Of a DNA stretch of 64,000 nucleotides, positions 38,802 through 50,145 are shown piece by piece. This DNA is from Chrysemys picta bellii (Eukaryota), in NCBI RefSeq assembly GCF_011386835.1, contig NC_088794.1:88288001-88352000 (forward strand), given 5' to 3'. Each line of letters begins with the position of its first letter. The first letter of the stretch is position 1. The translations under genes were made by a program, and so were the position numbers. Under the pieces are notes generated by a model. It saw only the letters and a program-made list of their open reading frames with translations. It was not told where the DNA came from and made no database searches.

Positions 38802-38980
38802 CTCCATACATACATTTCACATTGATTATGATCACTGCTGTGACATAGGCTTTCAGCAGAGACCTTACATGCCGCCCTTTGGGGAATTAGTATATAGATA
38901 CCAGATCCAGGAGATCCCAGTAACTCTTATGCACCACTGTGCCCCCCTGCCAGGTGGCACCAAGATGTCCCTGGGTCACA
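37673..38980 (-). mobile_element. Solo LTR with nested MITE
   Basis: TGTGA...TCACA termini, 5-bp TSD cagat (37668-37672, 38981-38985). Strand is inferred. Confidence 0.82.
38249..38468. mobile_element. hAT (Charlie-like) MITE nested in LTR
   Basis: TIR cggggttctcaaac / gtttgagaactgctg; perfect 8-bp TSD ccctagat (38241-38248, 38469-38476). Confidence 0.92.
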
Positions 38981-40036
38981 CAGATACTTCTTCAAATTTT
39001 CAGCACTCATATGAGACTTCTCATCAATAAGTGACAACGTAAACTGTAGTGCCTGACGGTGGGAGAAAGCACAATGCTGCATTTATCCTATGTAGCAGCC
39101 TGTCACCAGATCAGCAATAGGCAGTAACAAACACATATCCAGGAGTTTTTTTCTTTTTTCTTTTTTACCATTTTGGAAACACTTGTATAGCTCCTCATGC
39201 CAGTACAATCTCATTAAGTTAGGAAAAATTGTAATGCCTCATCTTGATGTAAGCAGAAAGGATACTTGGCTCAAGATGAAGCATTGCATGCTGGGGTCTG
39301 TAGTTTAGCCCAGAACAATGGCTCATGGAAGAATGAAACTGACTATAGGCCATATGGTAGAGAGTAGCGTATATTTAGGCCTCCTTCTTTAATATAACTC
39401 TAAAATCCTGTGCAGTAGATCTGGCTGTGTTGGGGATGAACACATTTGTTGTCTGGTTTCTGTTCTTTGTTTAGTGTGTCTCAGCTTTCTGCCTCAGTAA
39501 AGATTTTCACTCTAAATGTGGTCTAGTCTTCACTTTAAAATTTTTTACCGGTAACTGGCAGCAACTATCTTCTTAATTCTTTTTTTTTTTTTTTTTGCGC
39601 TATGGAAAGAATGAGTTGAGTGAACAAAGCGTCATAAACCCATTCTTATGCTGCAAGTGTGACATGGTGGTTACACCCCCACAGGTTTATTCTCATGGTT
39701 CTTATGGCACAGACAAATATTCTCACGCTAGCAGCCTTTCCCTCCAGAGATGCTCCAAGCTCTTTTTAATGTGGTGGTTTAAATGCTGTCTTAAGCCCAT
39801 GCTTGAGTTATGTGACTGAAAGCTCAACTAATGTCCCTCCCAGATTTCTCAAGTGATCCCCAAGTTTATCATTTCCCTTCATTTAACAACTTCTTTGTTG
39901 TATTTTGTCTGTGGCAGAATAAAAAACTGAAGACAGGATAAAACAAACTTCAGTTTCTGGAAGTGTTTATTTGCTGTGTTACTAACTTAGTATCATAGAT
40001 CTTGGAGACAGCCAAATTTATTACCACATGCCTGAT

Positions 40037-40210
40037 NNNNNNNNNNNNNNNNNNNNNNNNNNNNNNNNNNNNNNNNNNNNNNNNNNNNNNNNNNNNNNNN
40101 NNNNNNNNNNNNNNNNNNNNNNNNNNNNNNNNNNNNNNNNNNNNNNNNNNNNNNNNNNNNNNNNNNNNNNNNNNNNNNNNNNNNNNNNNNNNNNNNNNNN
40201 NNNNNNNNNN
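40037..40210. other. Assembly gap (174 N)
   Basis: Run of N. Confidence 1.
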
Positions 40211-41474
40211 AAAAGGATTTTTCCTTTAATGAAGACTAGTCAACCTGAAAAATCCAAATTCTGAAGCTGAGCTGTTTTGCATAAGCAAAAAAACTCCTAC
40301 AATGAGAACATCCACTGAACTGAAAAATTATAGCAGAAGAGTTTTTTTCCCCCCAAATTTTAAAATTCCTCTGAGTTGAGACCAGGCAAGAATTTATCCC
40401 CAAAAGAGAATCTCTCTCTGAAAGTCTTAAGTACGTGGAAGAATAGAGGGGCTATAGTGAGTATCCGCATAACCTTGACTATAGCATTAGCTACCTGGCA
40501 AAAAATGTAAAATATATATTATAATAGTTAAGCAGTAACTGGGATTATAATTCTGACTTCCCTTAAGGGGATTTTTTTAGAGACTCAATCTGAGTGGTGT
40601 ATTAATAACTCTAAATTTACATAAACTGTAGTAAATCTTGTGATCTCTGCAGTCATGCCTATATAGCCTTTCCTTTCACATAAATGGGTCTTTGACTTGT
40701 GCTTCCTCGGTTCCCTACTGATTTTTGCCATCAGGGCAGTTCTTGTTAATCTGGTTTATGTTTTGAGTGTGGAAAAGGGTGACAAACTGTTGGCTGAATT
40801 CACAGGTATGATGATATCACATCCTTGAGTTTAATTGGCTGCACTCTGTAATCTACAGGTGTGATGTTTTGACCTCCGTGTCTATTTGACAATCCTCCTT
40901 AAGGTAGTCTTTAAGAGTGTGCATGTGTGTGCGCTGTTGCTTGTTAGGCTAGTTCTGTGTCTCCAAGTAGCTAAGGAAGCATTTGATTTATTTATTCTAG
41001 CTGTCTAGTAGTCAAACTGCTGTTTCTTTGAGACATTCTTAAAATCAGCGGCTGTCTAGCAAAACTGGTTTATCTGAAATCTGTTTTAAGCAACATCTCC
41101 AGATGCTGCAATCAGTCTGGTTATCTTAAAAGAGAGAGAAAACGTAAGCACTGTTTTTGTTGCCTCATCTAAAGTATGAGTGGATTAGAGCCAAAAAAAG
41201 CTCTGGCTTAGATACACTAGCCTTTTGACACTTCCCATGGAAATCTCTCTGCGATCTCCACCACTACCCCCACTAAAATGTGGATTAATTCACATGATTG
41301 GATTCCTAAACATTAAAACAAGCAGCAACTTTTGCTTGTTTCTCTTTGATTCCCTTCCCCTCTAATTGTATAGAGATCCGTCTTCCTCACGTACATTTTT
41401 CTTCTGTTCCTGTGTTGTAGATTGGATCATTCCCAGACGACCAGAACTCTTTTAAAATATTTTGGGTGGATAAG

Positions 41475-41595
41475 ATGTGCCATGGAATGGTAGCACCAAA
41501 GAGCAACACAGCATCACCACTTGCCTTGACTGGTCATGGATTATTTCTTCCGTTAATTATCTTCAGCTCTTTCATCTTGGAGGGATTGACCTCAG
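41475..41595 (+). CDS. SUSD6: First coding exon of sushi domain-containing protein 6 (SUSD6/KIAA0247/DRAGO), signal-peptide region; exon 41421-41595, CDS from ATG 41475, phase-1 donor
   Basis: Acceptor ttcttctgttcctgtgttgtag|ATT at 41420/41421, branch-like ctcac at 41386-41390, donor CAG|gtaagt at 41595/41596. Translation is MCHGMVAPKSNTASPLALTGHGLFLPLIIFSSFILEGLTS+G. It is colinear with the human SUSD6 N-terminus as I recall it (MCHG, APKS, GHG, FLPL, GL motifs; about half the residues identical). The leftover G fits the following Val. Identity is recalled, not searched. Confidence 0.9.
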
Positions 41596-42974
41596 GTAAG
41601 TAAAACCTTTATAGTACCTACTTACTGTGTGTGAAAGTAGATGCATTTTAAAATACACAAGGGGCAAATTTTCACCTACATAGTGTTAGGCAAAACACAA
41701 GAGACCACTTCTCTTAGTATATAGAGATCTTCTTTTAGGCTCCATTCCCCTTCTGTTTGTGATTGTGCTTTTTTCACTATCATAGATGATCATATAACAC
41801 CGGTGTGGCAGCTACAGCAACTGCTTACATGGAAAAATACTACTGGGAAGAGCCTTAATTTATTTTTAGTGCTGCAAATGTGATTTTAAAATCTGGAAAC
41901 AAAATAGAGAGCCAGCACTAAATGACCAGGAAATGCTCTACAGACCGTAGTTTGGGATCTCTTGTTTGGTAACTTCTGACATGTCACTGGACCTGCTGTT
42001 AACCACATTCCAGCTTTCTCCCATTCATCTCCTCTCTTCTTGTGTCTTGTTACTTCTTGATGCTCTTCTGACAGAAGAGTGTGGTGAGAGGTGCAAACGT
42101 GGACAGAACTGGTTGATGGAGAAAGTGCCAAATAATGCATCACTTCCTACACTTGAGGGTAGAATTTGTGTAGGAAATGCACAAATAAAATACGCACACA
42201 GACCTTTAAATGTTTAACCTTTAAACACATAAATATGTATGTGTATATACACATACATACACACACAGCGCTCACTGATCAATTACCATTGTATTGCATT
42301 TACATATATATTTATAAAGTGCATGTTGAAAGCTAATAACCTCTCTCTATTACTAGCCTTCTTGAGATGCTTTTTGATATGCACCACAGTGTACATCTGC
42401 AGTGGTGACCACTAGAATGAGAAATATTGGGAAAGGGGGAGAGGAGGGCGTTCTTCTTCCTGCACAGTGATCTTAAATAAGACTTATTACAAAAAAGAAA
42501 ATGTGTTGACTTCTAGTAATTGCTGCTGTCTACGGCAGTAACTTACTGCTGGAAATGAAGTATAAATTCCAAATAAGTCTTAAGCCTAATTATTATCATT
42601 TATATTCTAGTAGCACCCAGTATGTACTAGAAGCCATACATTCCTGCACTGAAAAGGTTACAGTTTTAAAGACTAAAAACCTGGGTTGGGATGTGGGGGG
42701 AAGGGATGCAGCATACAAGCAAAGTAGTGTAGGTAGTGGCTGGTGCTAGTCTTGTTAGTGGTTCCTGTTTTTAAAAAGAGCGACTATTTAGTTTCTCTAG
42801 ATTTGGGGAAAGGACATTGTGGAGTAGCGGTCGGCACAAGGAGGGGTTGAAAGTCAAAAGGAGTGGGGAAGGAAGGGAAGAAGGGAGCAAGGAGGGTGAA
42901 TGAGGTCTTGAGTTCAGTAGCTGGAGACAGGAGGATATAAGAATTGCAAATAAAAGTTAAAATCAGCAAAATGT

Positions 42975-43075
42975 GAAGGTTGGAAGCTCAATTCTGGGGC
43001 AGGGACTGTCATTTCCTCTGTCTGTACAGTGCCTAGCACATGGGAAGCTTCTAGGTACTAGAAATGCTAATTATA
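42975..43075 (+). mobile_element. L2/MIR-like 3' tail fragment
   Basis: tggggcagggactgtc...tctgtacagtgcctagcacatggg. Confidence 0.55.
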
Positions 43076-43291
43076 AGGGATGCTCAGTTGCTTCTGGAGG
43101 TGGATTTGGATAGAAAAGCTCATTGATGCCGGGAGCTACTGACAAATGAGGAGCCCCTCTTGTTGGTGCATCTGGCCCTTTCTGGTGGGGATGGAGCTGC
43201 TGGGATCGAGAGAGAGAAACAGGAGTGGTTGACCACTATCTAAGTTAAAATCTGCAGTTGGAGATGGAAAAGACCTTTAAAAATCATAATC

Positions 43292-43600
43292 CAGGGGTAG
43301 GCAACATATGGCACACGTGCCAAAGGCGGCACGCGAGCTGACTTTCAGTGGCACTCACACTGCCCAGGTCCTGTCCACCGGTCCGGGGGCTCTGCATTTT
43401 AATTTAATTTTAAATGACGCTTCTTAAACATTTTAAAAACCTTATTTACTTGACATACAACAATAGTTTAGTTATATATTATAGACTTATAAAAAGAGAC
43501 CTTCTAAAAATGTTACAATGTATTACTGGCACGCGAAACCTTCAATTAGAGTGAATAAATGAAGACTCGGCACACCCTTCTGAAAGGCTGCTGCCCCTTG
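43292..43600. mobile_element. hAT MITE
   Basis: Starts caggggtaggcaac, ends ctgccccttg; perfect 8-bp TSD tcataatc (43284-43291, 43601-43608). Second copy at 60930. Confidence 0.92.
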
Positions 43601-46369
43601 TCATAATCCATCTCTCTTTCCAGCCCCTCTACTCCCAGTAATAACCCAGCATAGATTCTGTAGCCACCAGCCTGTGATCTGTGACCGAAACTCCACCATC
43701 CCTGAAACTCCAATTACATACTGAAACATCTGTAATCGAGACTGTAATCTGTATGTAAATACTACTGCTGTACAGGGCTGTTGAAAGGGAAAAGTCATCC
43801 ATGACACTGTTAAGCTTTTACAGTGTTATTTTTCAGAGATATCTAGTTGTGTGTTACACACAACAGCACTAGAAAGCATTCAACTGCCATGTCAGAAAAG
43901 CCTAGAGTTGTGCTGGATTGTTTCCCTTCTTCCACCCAGTACTCTGGATTAGTCTACAACAATTACTTTCAGTCCCAGATGGATTCATTTTTGCCCAGGT
44001 ATGAAATGGGAAGAAAACAAACCGTGAAGAGGTTTTTTTGGTCAAGATAGGTTTGTATTTCCTATGGGAGGAAAAGAATCTTGTGTTTGGGGAGTGAGTG
44101 TCTCCAAGTACAGATGCTTTGTTGCAGTAGTTCTTGGTTGAGATCTTGGTGTCAGATTTAAAAGATAGTTGCTAGGTGGAGAAGGCAGTGTGGCACATAA
44201 CCAAGAGGGTGCACCTGCAGCAGCTTGTCAGTTAAGAGTCACGCTAGTGAGTGAGTCTGCCAAGGAGCTGAGATCCAGAGGTATAAACTGTGAACACAGC
44301 CAAATCTGTTGGAAAATCATCTCTTCCTCCCCCCGCCCCTTTTTAAAACTCCTTCTAGTTCACATAAATGCTCTGGAGGGACATGGGTGTGTGTCATGGC
44401 ATAAGCTCTTGCTTCGTAAAGACTCCTGTGTTAAGACTGTCTTGAATGCAGAGCTAAAGCCACATGTGTCGCAGCTGCCACAAACCGTACAAGAATTGCC
44501 TTGGTTGTCTTGTTAGAAATGTAAAAACAATAGGCTTCTTTCTGGTCCGAGAGATAAAAGGTAAAGGCTGTGGCTAGTGCAGTATTAAATGTAATAAATT
44601 TATATAGGACTGTGTAATGTGTATAATAATGTAGAGATTTGCTTTGTATAAGTTATAACCTATATTACTTCAGCAGCCTGTAGGTTAGATATTCATATCT
44701 AGACAAGCACTCATTTTCCTTGCCGTGTGGGTAAATGCAGAGGACAGACCCATTTCCAGTCAGCTGGTGTCTGGTCTCTGCTTTGTGTGTTAAATGGATT
44801 TTATTCATGTATGGATTTTAAGAAAAATCCTCAGTACTCTGTCTCAAGCAATCTCTCCTAATATCCTTGATGTGCTTCAAGGTGAAGGTGCTAAGTCGCT
44901 TAGTGACTGAGGATGTTGCAGTGTTTGGGGAAAGCAGCTTTGAACTTGCAGGGCTTTCAGTCAAGTGAAATTCAACTCCAGCAATACCCTTAATGTATAA
45001 AACAGTACAACTTGGTGCTGGCTGATTGAGCATGCTTCTCCAAATTCACTGGCTTCCAATCTATCAGAAGAGGAGGATAGAGTGGGTCTTCTGATCTTCA
45101 GAAATATCTATCATACTTCACAGCTCCATGTCTTTGGCTTTGAGGGAAGAAGAGTGGACTCCTAAGGATACTCTTCGGGATTATAACAGAGAGAGTCTCT
45201 CCTTTTCTGCTCTTTTTGTATCTGCTCTCATACTAGCAAGTTCTCAAAGTCTTAGTGAGAGAAGGTGGTGGAGGTTGGAGACAGAAATAGCATTCTGAAA
45301 ATAGGGGCCAGAAATGTTGCAGTTGAATTCCTGTCCTACCTGATTCCATTTCCTTGTAGGATGCATCTGGAGTGTGGCCAAGATATTCTGTGTGTGTGTC
45401 ATTGACTAGTCACTAGTGAAATACGCACTGTATAACAAGCTACTTGTTTTTAAGATCACCACTTACGATTGTACGTTCAGGCTCAAACACCTAAGAACTG
45501 AGGAGATCCCATTCCTGTACATCTCTTCTGATGCAAACATGGCAAATGTGATGTTTGCTGTGCTAAGGCCCATTCAATGCTAAGGTTACTCCATGCAGAG
45601 GCTCTTGGATACTGCTGAGTGATGTTTGCATCCCAGGGAACAGCTAGCCCACTATTCCTGCTCTGTCTTGTGAGAACACATCCAAAGCACTGAGGGATTC
45701 TGCCTGCTTTATATACACTCCAGAGGAATAGCAAGCAGAGGATTGCTTTGCCTCTATAATTATGCTAGATTAAAACATGACGTTCATGCAGGTGTGGGTG
45801 AATTATTTAGTGATCCTGATAGCACTGGCTAGACAGACAAGTGATTGGGCTGATTTTGTAGTTACCTAAAATCCAAAGAAGAGGGGATACAGCACCTTGG
45901 AAAGAGAAGGAAAATTGGCAATGGGAAAAGAAGCAGAGGAAGAGAGGGTGGTGGGTGGTCCATGGCGTGCCTAATGACAGAGCACACACATTGGAAATAT
46001 AATGCAGAGGATTAGAATGTATAACAATGGATCCACTGATCATGCGCATGATGGTAACAGTGCCAGTGTTTATAGTGGCTTGGTTTATGTGGAAACTGGT
46101 CCATATGGAACCAGAACTAGGCCACTCAAACATACTTTTGGTGATGAATCAAGCAAGACTTTGATTTTATTAAAATGCTGTTAAACTGAACCTGCCACAA
46201 AATTTGCTGGGTCTTGCAGATTCAAATTGGAAGACTTAATAAAACCATGATAGCAGTCCTTTATTAAACCTCCCTGGGTCCTTTATGGGCTTCACATATG
46301 GGAACTGATTTGTAATTCTTGCCCCATTCTAATGAGAAATTAGGAGTGCCTAAGTGCCAAGGTTCCTAA

Positions 46370-46550
46370 CTTGGCCATTGACTTGCTGTAAAACCTTGGA
46401 CAATCACTAACATTCTGTGTCTCAGTTCTAAAATCTGTAAAATGGTGAAAGACCCTCCTTTGCCTAATTTGGGGAGTGAGACCAATTTAGTTTGTTTGTG
46501 AAGCACTTTAAGATCTTCAGATGAAAAGTGCTGTAGTAGTACAAATGTTA
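46370..46550 (+). mobile_element. MIR/CORE-SINE-like relic
   Basis: gctgtaaaaccttggacaatcactaacattctgtgtctcagttctaaaatctgtaaaatgg matches the CORE motif gtgaccttgggcaagtcacttaacctctctgtgcctcagtttcc.atctgtaaaatgg. Confidence 0.65.
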
Positions 46551-46848
46551 ACTTGTGAGTGACTCAGAATAAATAGTGTATCAGAACACAAAGAAATTAG
46601 TGGTCTCTAGGGTGGCATGATCCTTTTTACTCTTTTTTTTTTTTTTTGTACCCAGCATGCTCAGGCTGCTGCAACAGACCTCTGGTGGGAGACCCCTGAA
46701 ATTGGATTGTCAGCAGCCTGAATTCCTTCCTTAACATCAGTAAACAAGGTTGTCCCTTGCTCCTCACTTCTCCTGTTCAGGGAAGAGGAGGCAAATGATG
46801 TCTCTTAGACAAACGGTCTGTACTTCCCAAGAGTATGTTATGATAACA

Positions 46849-46850
<2 letters not shown>

Positions 46851-46880
<30 letters not shown>
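46851..46880. repeat. (TG)n microsatellite
   Basis: Direct reading. Confidence 0.95.
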
Positions 46881-46883
<3 letters not shown>

Positions 46884-49099
46884 AATAAATAAAATAATCC
46901 AAAACCCTTCAGCAGGAAAACCAGAATTTCTAAAAGTTGTGAAACTTGAACTGTGTACGCACAATCTGTGGCAAGACTATGCCAATTAGGAAACCTAATT
47001 TAGATTAGTAAAGAGAACTGAAGGATAATAAGGAAATAGATGATAAACCGTAACTATAAATTAGCCTTTAGAATTAAGTGTCGAATTCTGACTCACTCTT
47101 GAGGAACCTGCCACTGTCTTCTCAATTGGAGTCTTCCTTTTCTGGTCTCCTGAGGCTTTGGCTTTTGCTATATGACCACTATTGCCCTGTTCCAAAATAA
47201 AAAATTCTAAATTCAGATTAAACTATTAGGAACGTTAGTGACAGTCTGTCTTGTGTTGTGAACCAGTCCCCTCTGGGGTGTGAGGGGGTGACCTTCACAA
47301 TGAAGACTTCACTGATTTGTAGCTGATCTTTAAGGACTGTCAGTATGCAGCTGCTTTTGGCAGAAGAAGGGAAAACAATGCAGTGAGGCTGCACAGAAGA
47401 TGGGGGTATGTGAGTGCTAAGGACAAGCTGAGGCAAAAAAACCTTTATTTCCTTTAATCTAAGCAAGAAGCAAATTGCCAGAGGTGCCAGGTTATGTAGA
47501 TTAACTGTGGGTTGTTAGTGGTTGTTGCATTTCTTTACTGGGGATCAGAACTGGTCTTTCTGGTTGAACCTTTCCCTCATGCAAATTACAGAAGGTTTAT
47601 TATTATGGCAAGTAGAAGACAGATTTTTGACATAATCCCTTTCCCAACCAAACTCTCATTAAAACTTGAGCCACTGTGCCTGAAATTTCTCCTGATTCTT
47701 CGTATCTAGGGTCCAAAAAGGTGGTCTTATTGCCCATCCTGCTGTAGTCTTCAGGGAGAAGGAATGGGAAGGAGGGGGACATGGAATGGGTACCTCAAAT
47801 TCTTAAGTTGGACTTAAAAAGATATTTGAATTCTTGCCCCCAGGGTACTTGAGTCATCAGTGTGCTTAGAATTGGCTCAGCTGGCAATACCTGTGCAGGC
47901 TGAGGATCCTGCCTTTCCACGCTCATTAGCTCAATGATAAATCAGGACCAACTGAGCCAGCCTGTTGGGGCTCATGAAATCTAGAAACTGGTACTTTAGA
48001 GGGAGGCATGAAGACTTGCATGTCCATTTTTTGTCCAGGTTTTCTTGTGCGAAGATGGCAAATCAGAATTGCCTTTTCCTTGATGTTCATTGCAGACTAG
48101 GTTGAAGACACACACTCCTCTCCTTTGTAAACTTTTTATGCAGAGTAATCCTGGCGCTTGGCCCTGACACTCTCTGTTAATTATTGAGCATTGCGGTTTG
48201 AAAACATTCTCAAGTTTGGTTTTGTTTCTGGAACTTGTGGGACCATATTCTGCCAATGCAACTCAAAACAGGGTAATCCAAGTTGGACAATTTTTTACAT
48301 ATAATTTGGTCACTCCCCTGTCACGTCTCTCCCTTTTGATGCCTGAATTGCCTCTTCTGGCAGCTGAAGCGCTCGGTTTATGATAAAGCTGCTTGCAACA
48401 GCAGGGGACTGGACTCCATGACCCAGGAGATTCTTTCCAGTCTTATGTCCTACGTTCCTATGTTTCAAGTAGGATAGATTTTCCAAAATGTTGGCCTCTT
48501 TCTTCCCAGTTACCTGACCTATTCTTCCTCTTCCCCACTCCTCCCTCCCTCCCTCCCCTGATCTCTTCAAGCCCTCTTAGGGTGGGTTAAGCACTAGCAG
48601 CACTTCTAGTTGCTAGTGATCCCCAACTGTATCGTGTGGCTGTCACATTTGGGTCACCAGATCAAGACTTAGCCTGTGTCTGCACTAGGAAAATTGAAAC
48701 CTAATGCTAAAGGCTGTAGTGTAATCAAGATTCAAGTATTTTTACCATAAGTATCAACCAGCGCCTCTCTCTCTCCCAAGAAAACAAGAAAAACCTGGAC
48801 GAGCTTTCAGACTTCCTTTACGATCAGCATTTCCCCTCAGGCAACTGAGCCTCTGGTTCCACAGGGGGCTGGGTTGTATCTGGAGAATGAACGAATTGCA
48901 ACTTCAAGCACTGAAAGAAATGCTATGGAAACTTTTGAAAGGGAAGTGAGTCACACCTGTAGGTATAGCAGCATGTTAGAGCGCTGGATAGAGTAACTGT
49001 AGGGTACATTCCTTGGATCACACTGAAATCTGTTCTATCTAAGCAGAAAGAATACCTGGGCTGTGCAATCTCCATTTGTTGAAACAGTTAGGTACTGTT

Positions 49100-49836
49100 A
49101 GAATGTTAGGAACCATTAGGGGAGGGATAGATAATAAGATGGAAAAATATCAGAATGCTATTATACAGTACGCCCTCACCTTGAACACTGTCTGCATTTC
49201 TGGTGACCCTATCTCAAAAAAGCTATATTAGACTTGGAAAAAGTACAGAGAATGGCAACAAAAATGATTAGAGGTATGGAACACCTTCCATATGAGGTGA
49301 GATGAAAAAGACTGGTACTATTTAGCTTGGAAAAGAGACCACTAAGGAGGGAGGTGATAGAGGTCTATAAAATCATGGGTGGTGTGGAGAAAGTAAATAA
49401 GGAAGTGTTACTTACTTCTCCTCATAACACAGGAACCAGGGGTCACCCAATGAAATTAATAGGCAGCAGGTTTAAAACAAACAAAAGGAAGTATTTCTTC
49501 ACACAACACGCAGTCAGTCTGTGAAACTTGATACCAGGGGATGTTGTGAAGACCAAAACTATAACAGGGTTCAGAAAAGAATTAGATCAGTTCTTAGAGG
49601 ACAGGTCCTTTACCATCTTGGCTAGTAGCCATTGAGGGACACGACCTCATGCTCCAGGTGTCCCTAAGCCTCTGATTTCCAGAATCAGACTGGGGACTGG
49701 ATGACAGGGGATAGATCATTCGATTAAATTGCTTTGTTCTGTTTGCTCCTTCTGAAGCATCTTGCACTGTAGGAAGACAGGATACGGGGTTAGATGGACC
49801 ATTGGTCTGACCCAGCATGGCCATTCTTGTGTTCTT
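49100..49836 (+). mobile_element. CR1 LINE 3' portion
   Basis: ORF 49327-49524 contains TRGHPMKLIGSRFKTNKRKYFFTQ (CR1 ORF2 C-terminus). The 3' UTR ends gatggaccattggtctgacccagcatggccattcttgtgttctt. Confidence 0.92.
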
Positions 49837-50020
49837 TGTGTGAGGGAAGGAGAGGGGTGAGTGTGTTGGAGGCACAGAACTGAAGAAAGAGAGAGAGAAT
49901 GCTTTGTCACAGAGCTAACTGTGCTGCCAGCATTTGAGGAAGTTTTCACTTGTGCCCTGGTGTTTTTTCTATATATGGGAGCTGCCAACAGGAAGTGCTT
50001 CAATGCTATGTAGTTGCATG

Positions 50021-50145
50021 TTTCAGAGTAGCAGCAGTGTTAGTCTGTATCCGCAAAAAGAACAGGAGTACTTGTGGCACCTTAGAGACTAACAAATTTA
50101 TTAGAGCATAAGCTTTCGTGGACTACAGCCCACTTCTTCGGATGC
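50021..50145 (-). mobile_element. Penelope-like mini-insertion (pLTR end plus hammerhead motif only)
   Basis: Matches the pLTR at 53851. Flanked by atgtagttgcatg (50008-50020) and atgtacttgcatg (50146-50158), a 13-bp TSD with one mismatch. Confidence 0.9.
50106..50145 (-). ncRNA. Minimal type-I hammerhead-like motif (CCGAAGA core variant)
   Basis: Minus strand gcat-ccgaaga-agtggg-ctgtag-tccac-gaa-agct-t-atgc: stem I gcat/atgc, stem II, GAAA, palindromic AGCT stem III. Confidence 0.6.

Larger units (their letters stand above)
1..41420 (+). other. SUSD6: Intron upstream of the SUSD6 ATG exon (probable intron 1, 5' end outside window)
   Basis: No other supportable coding exon and no CpG-island promoter in this span; it ends at the acceptor 41420. 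It may contain minor alternative exons. Confidence 0.7.

Noticed and set aside
40037-40210. Gap 1.2 kb upstream of the exon might hide a feature
   Set aside because: No sequence to evaluate, and the flanks show no repeat or exon signal.
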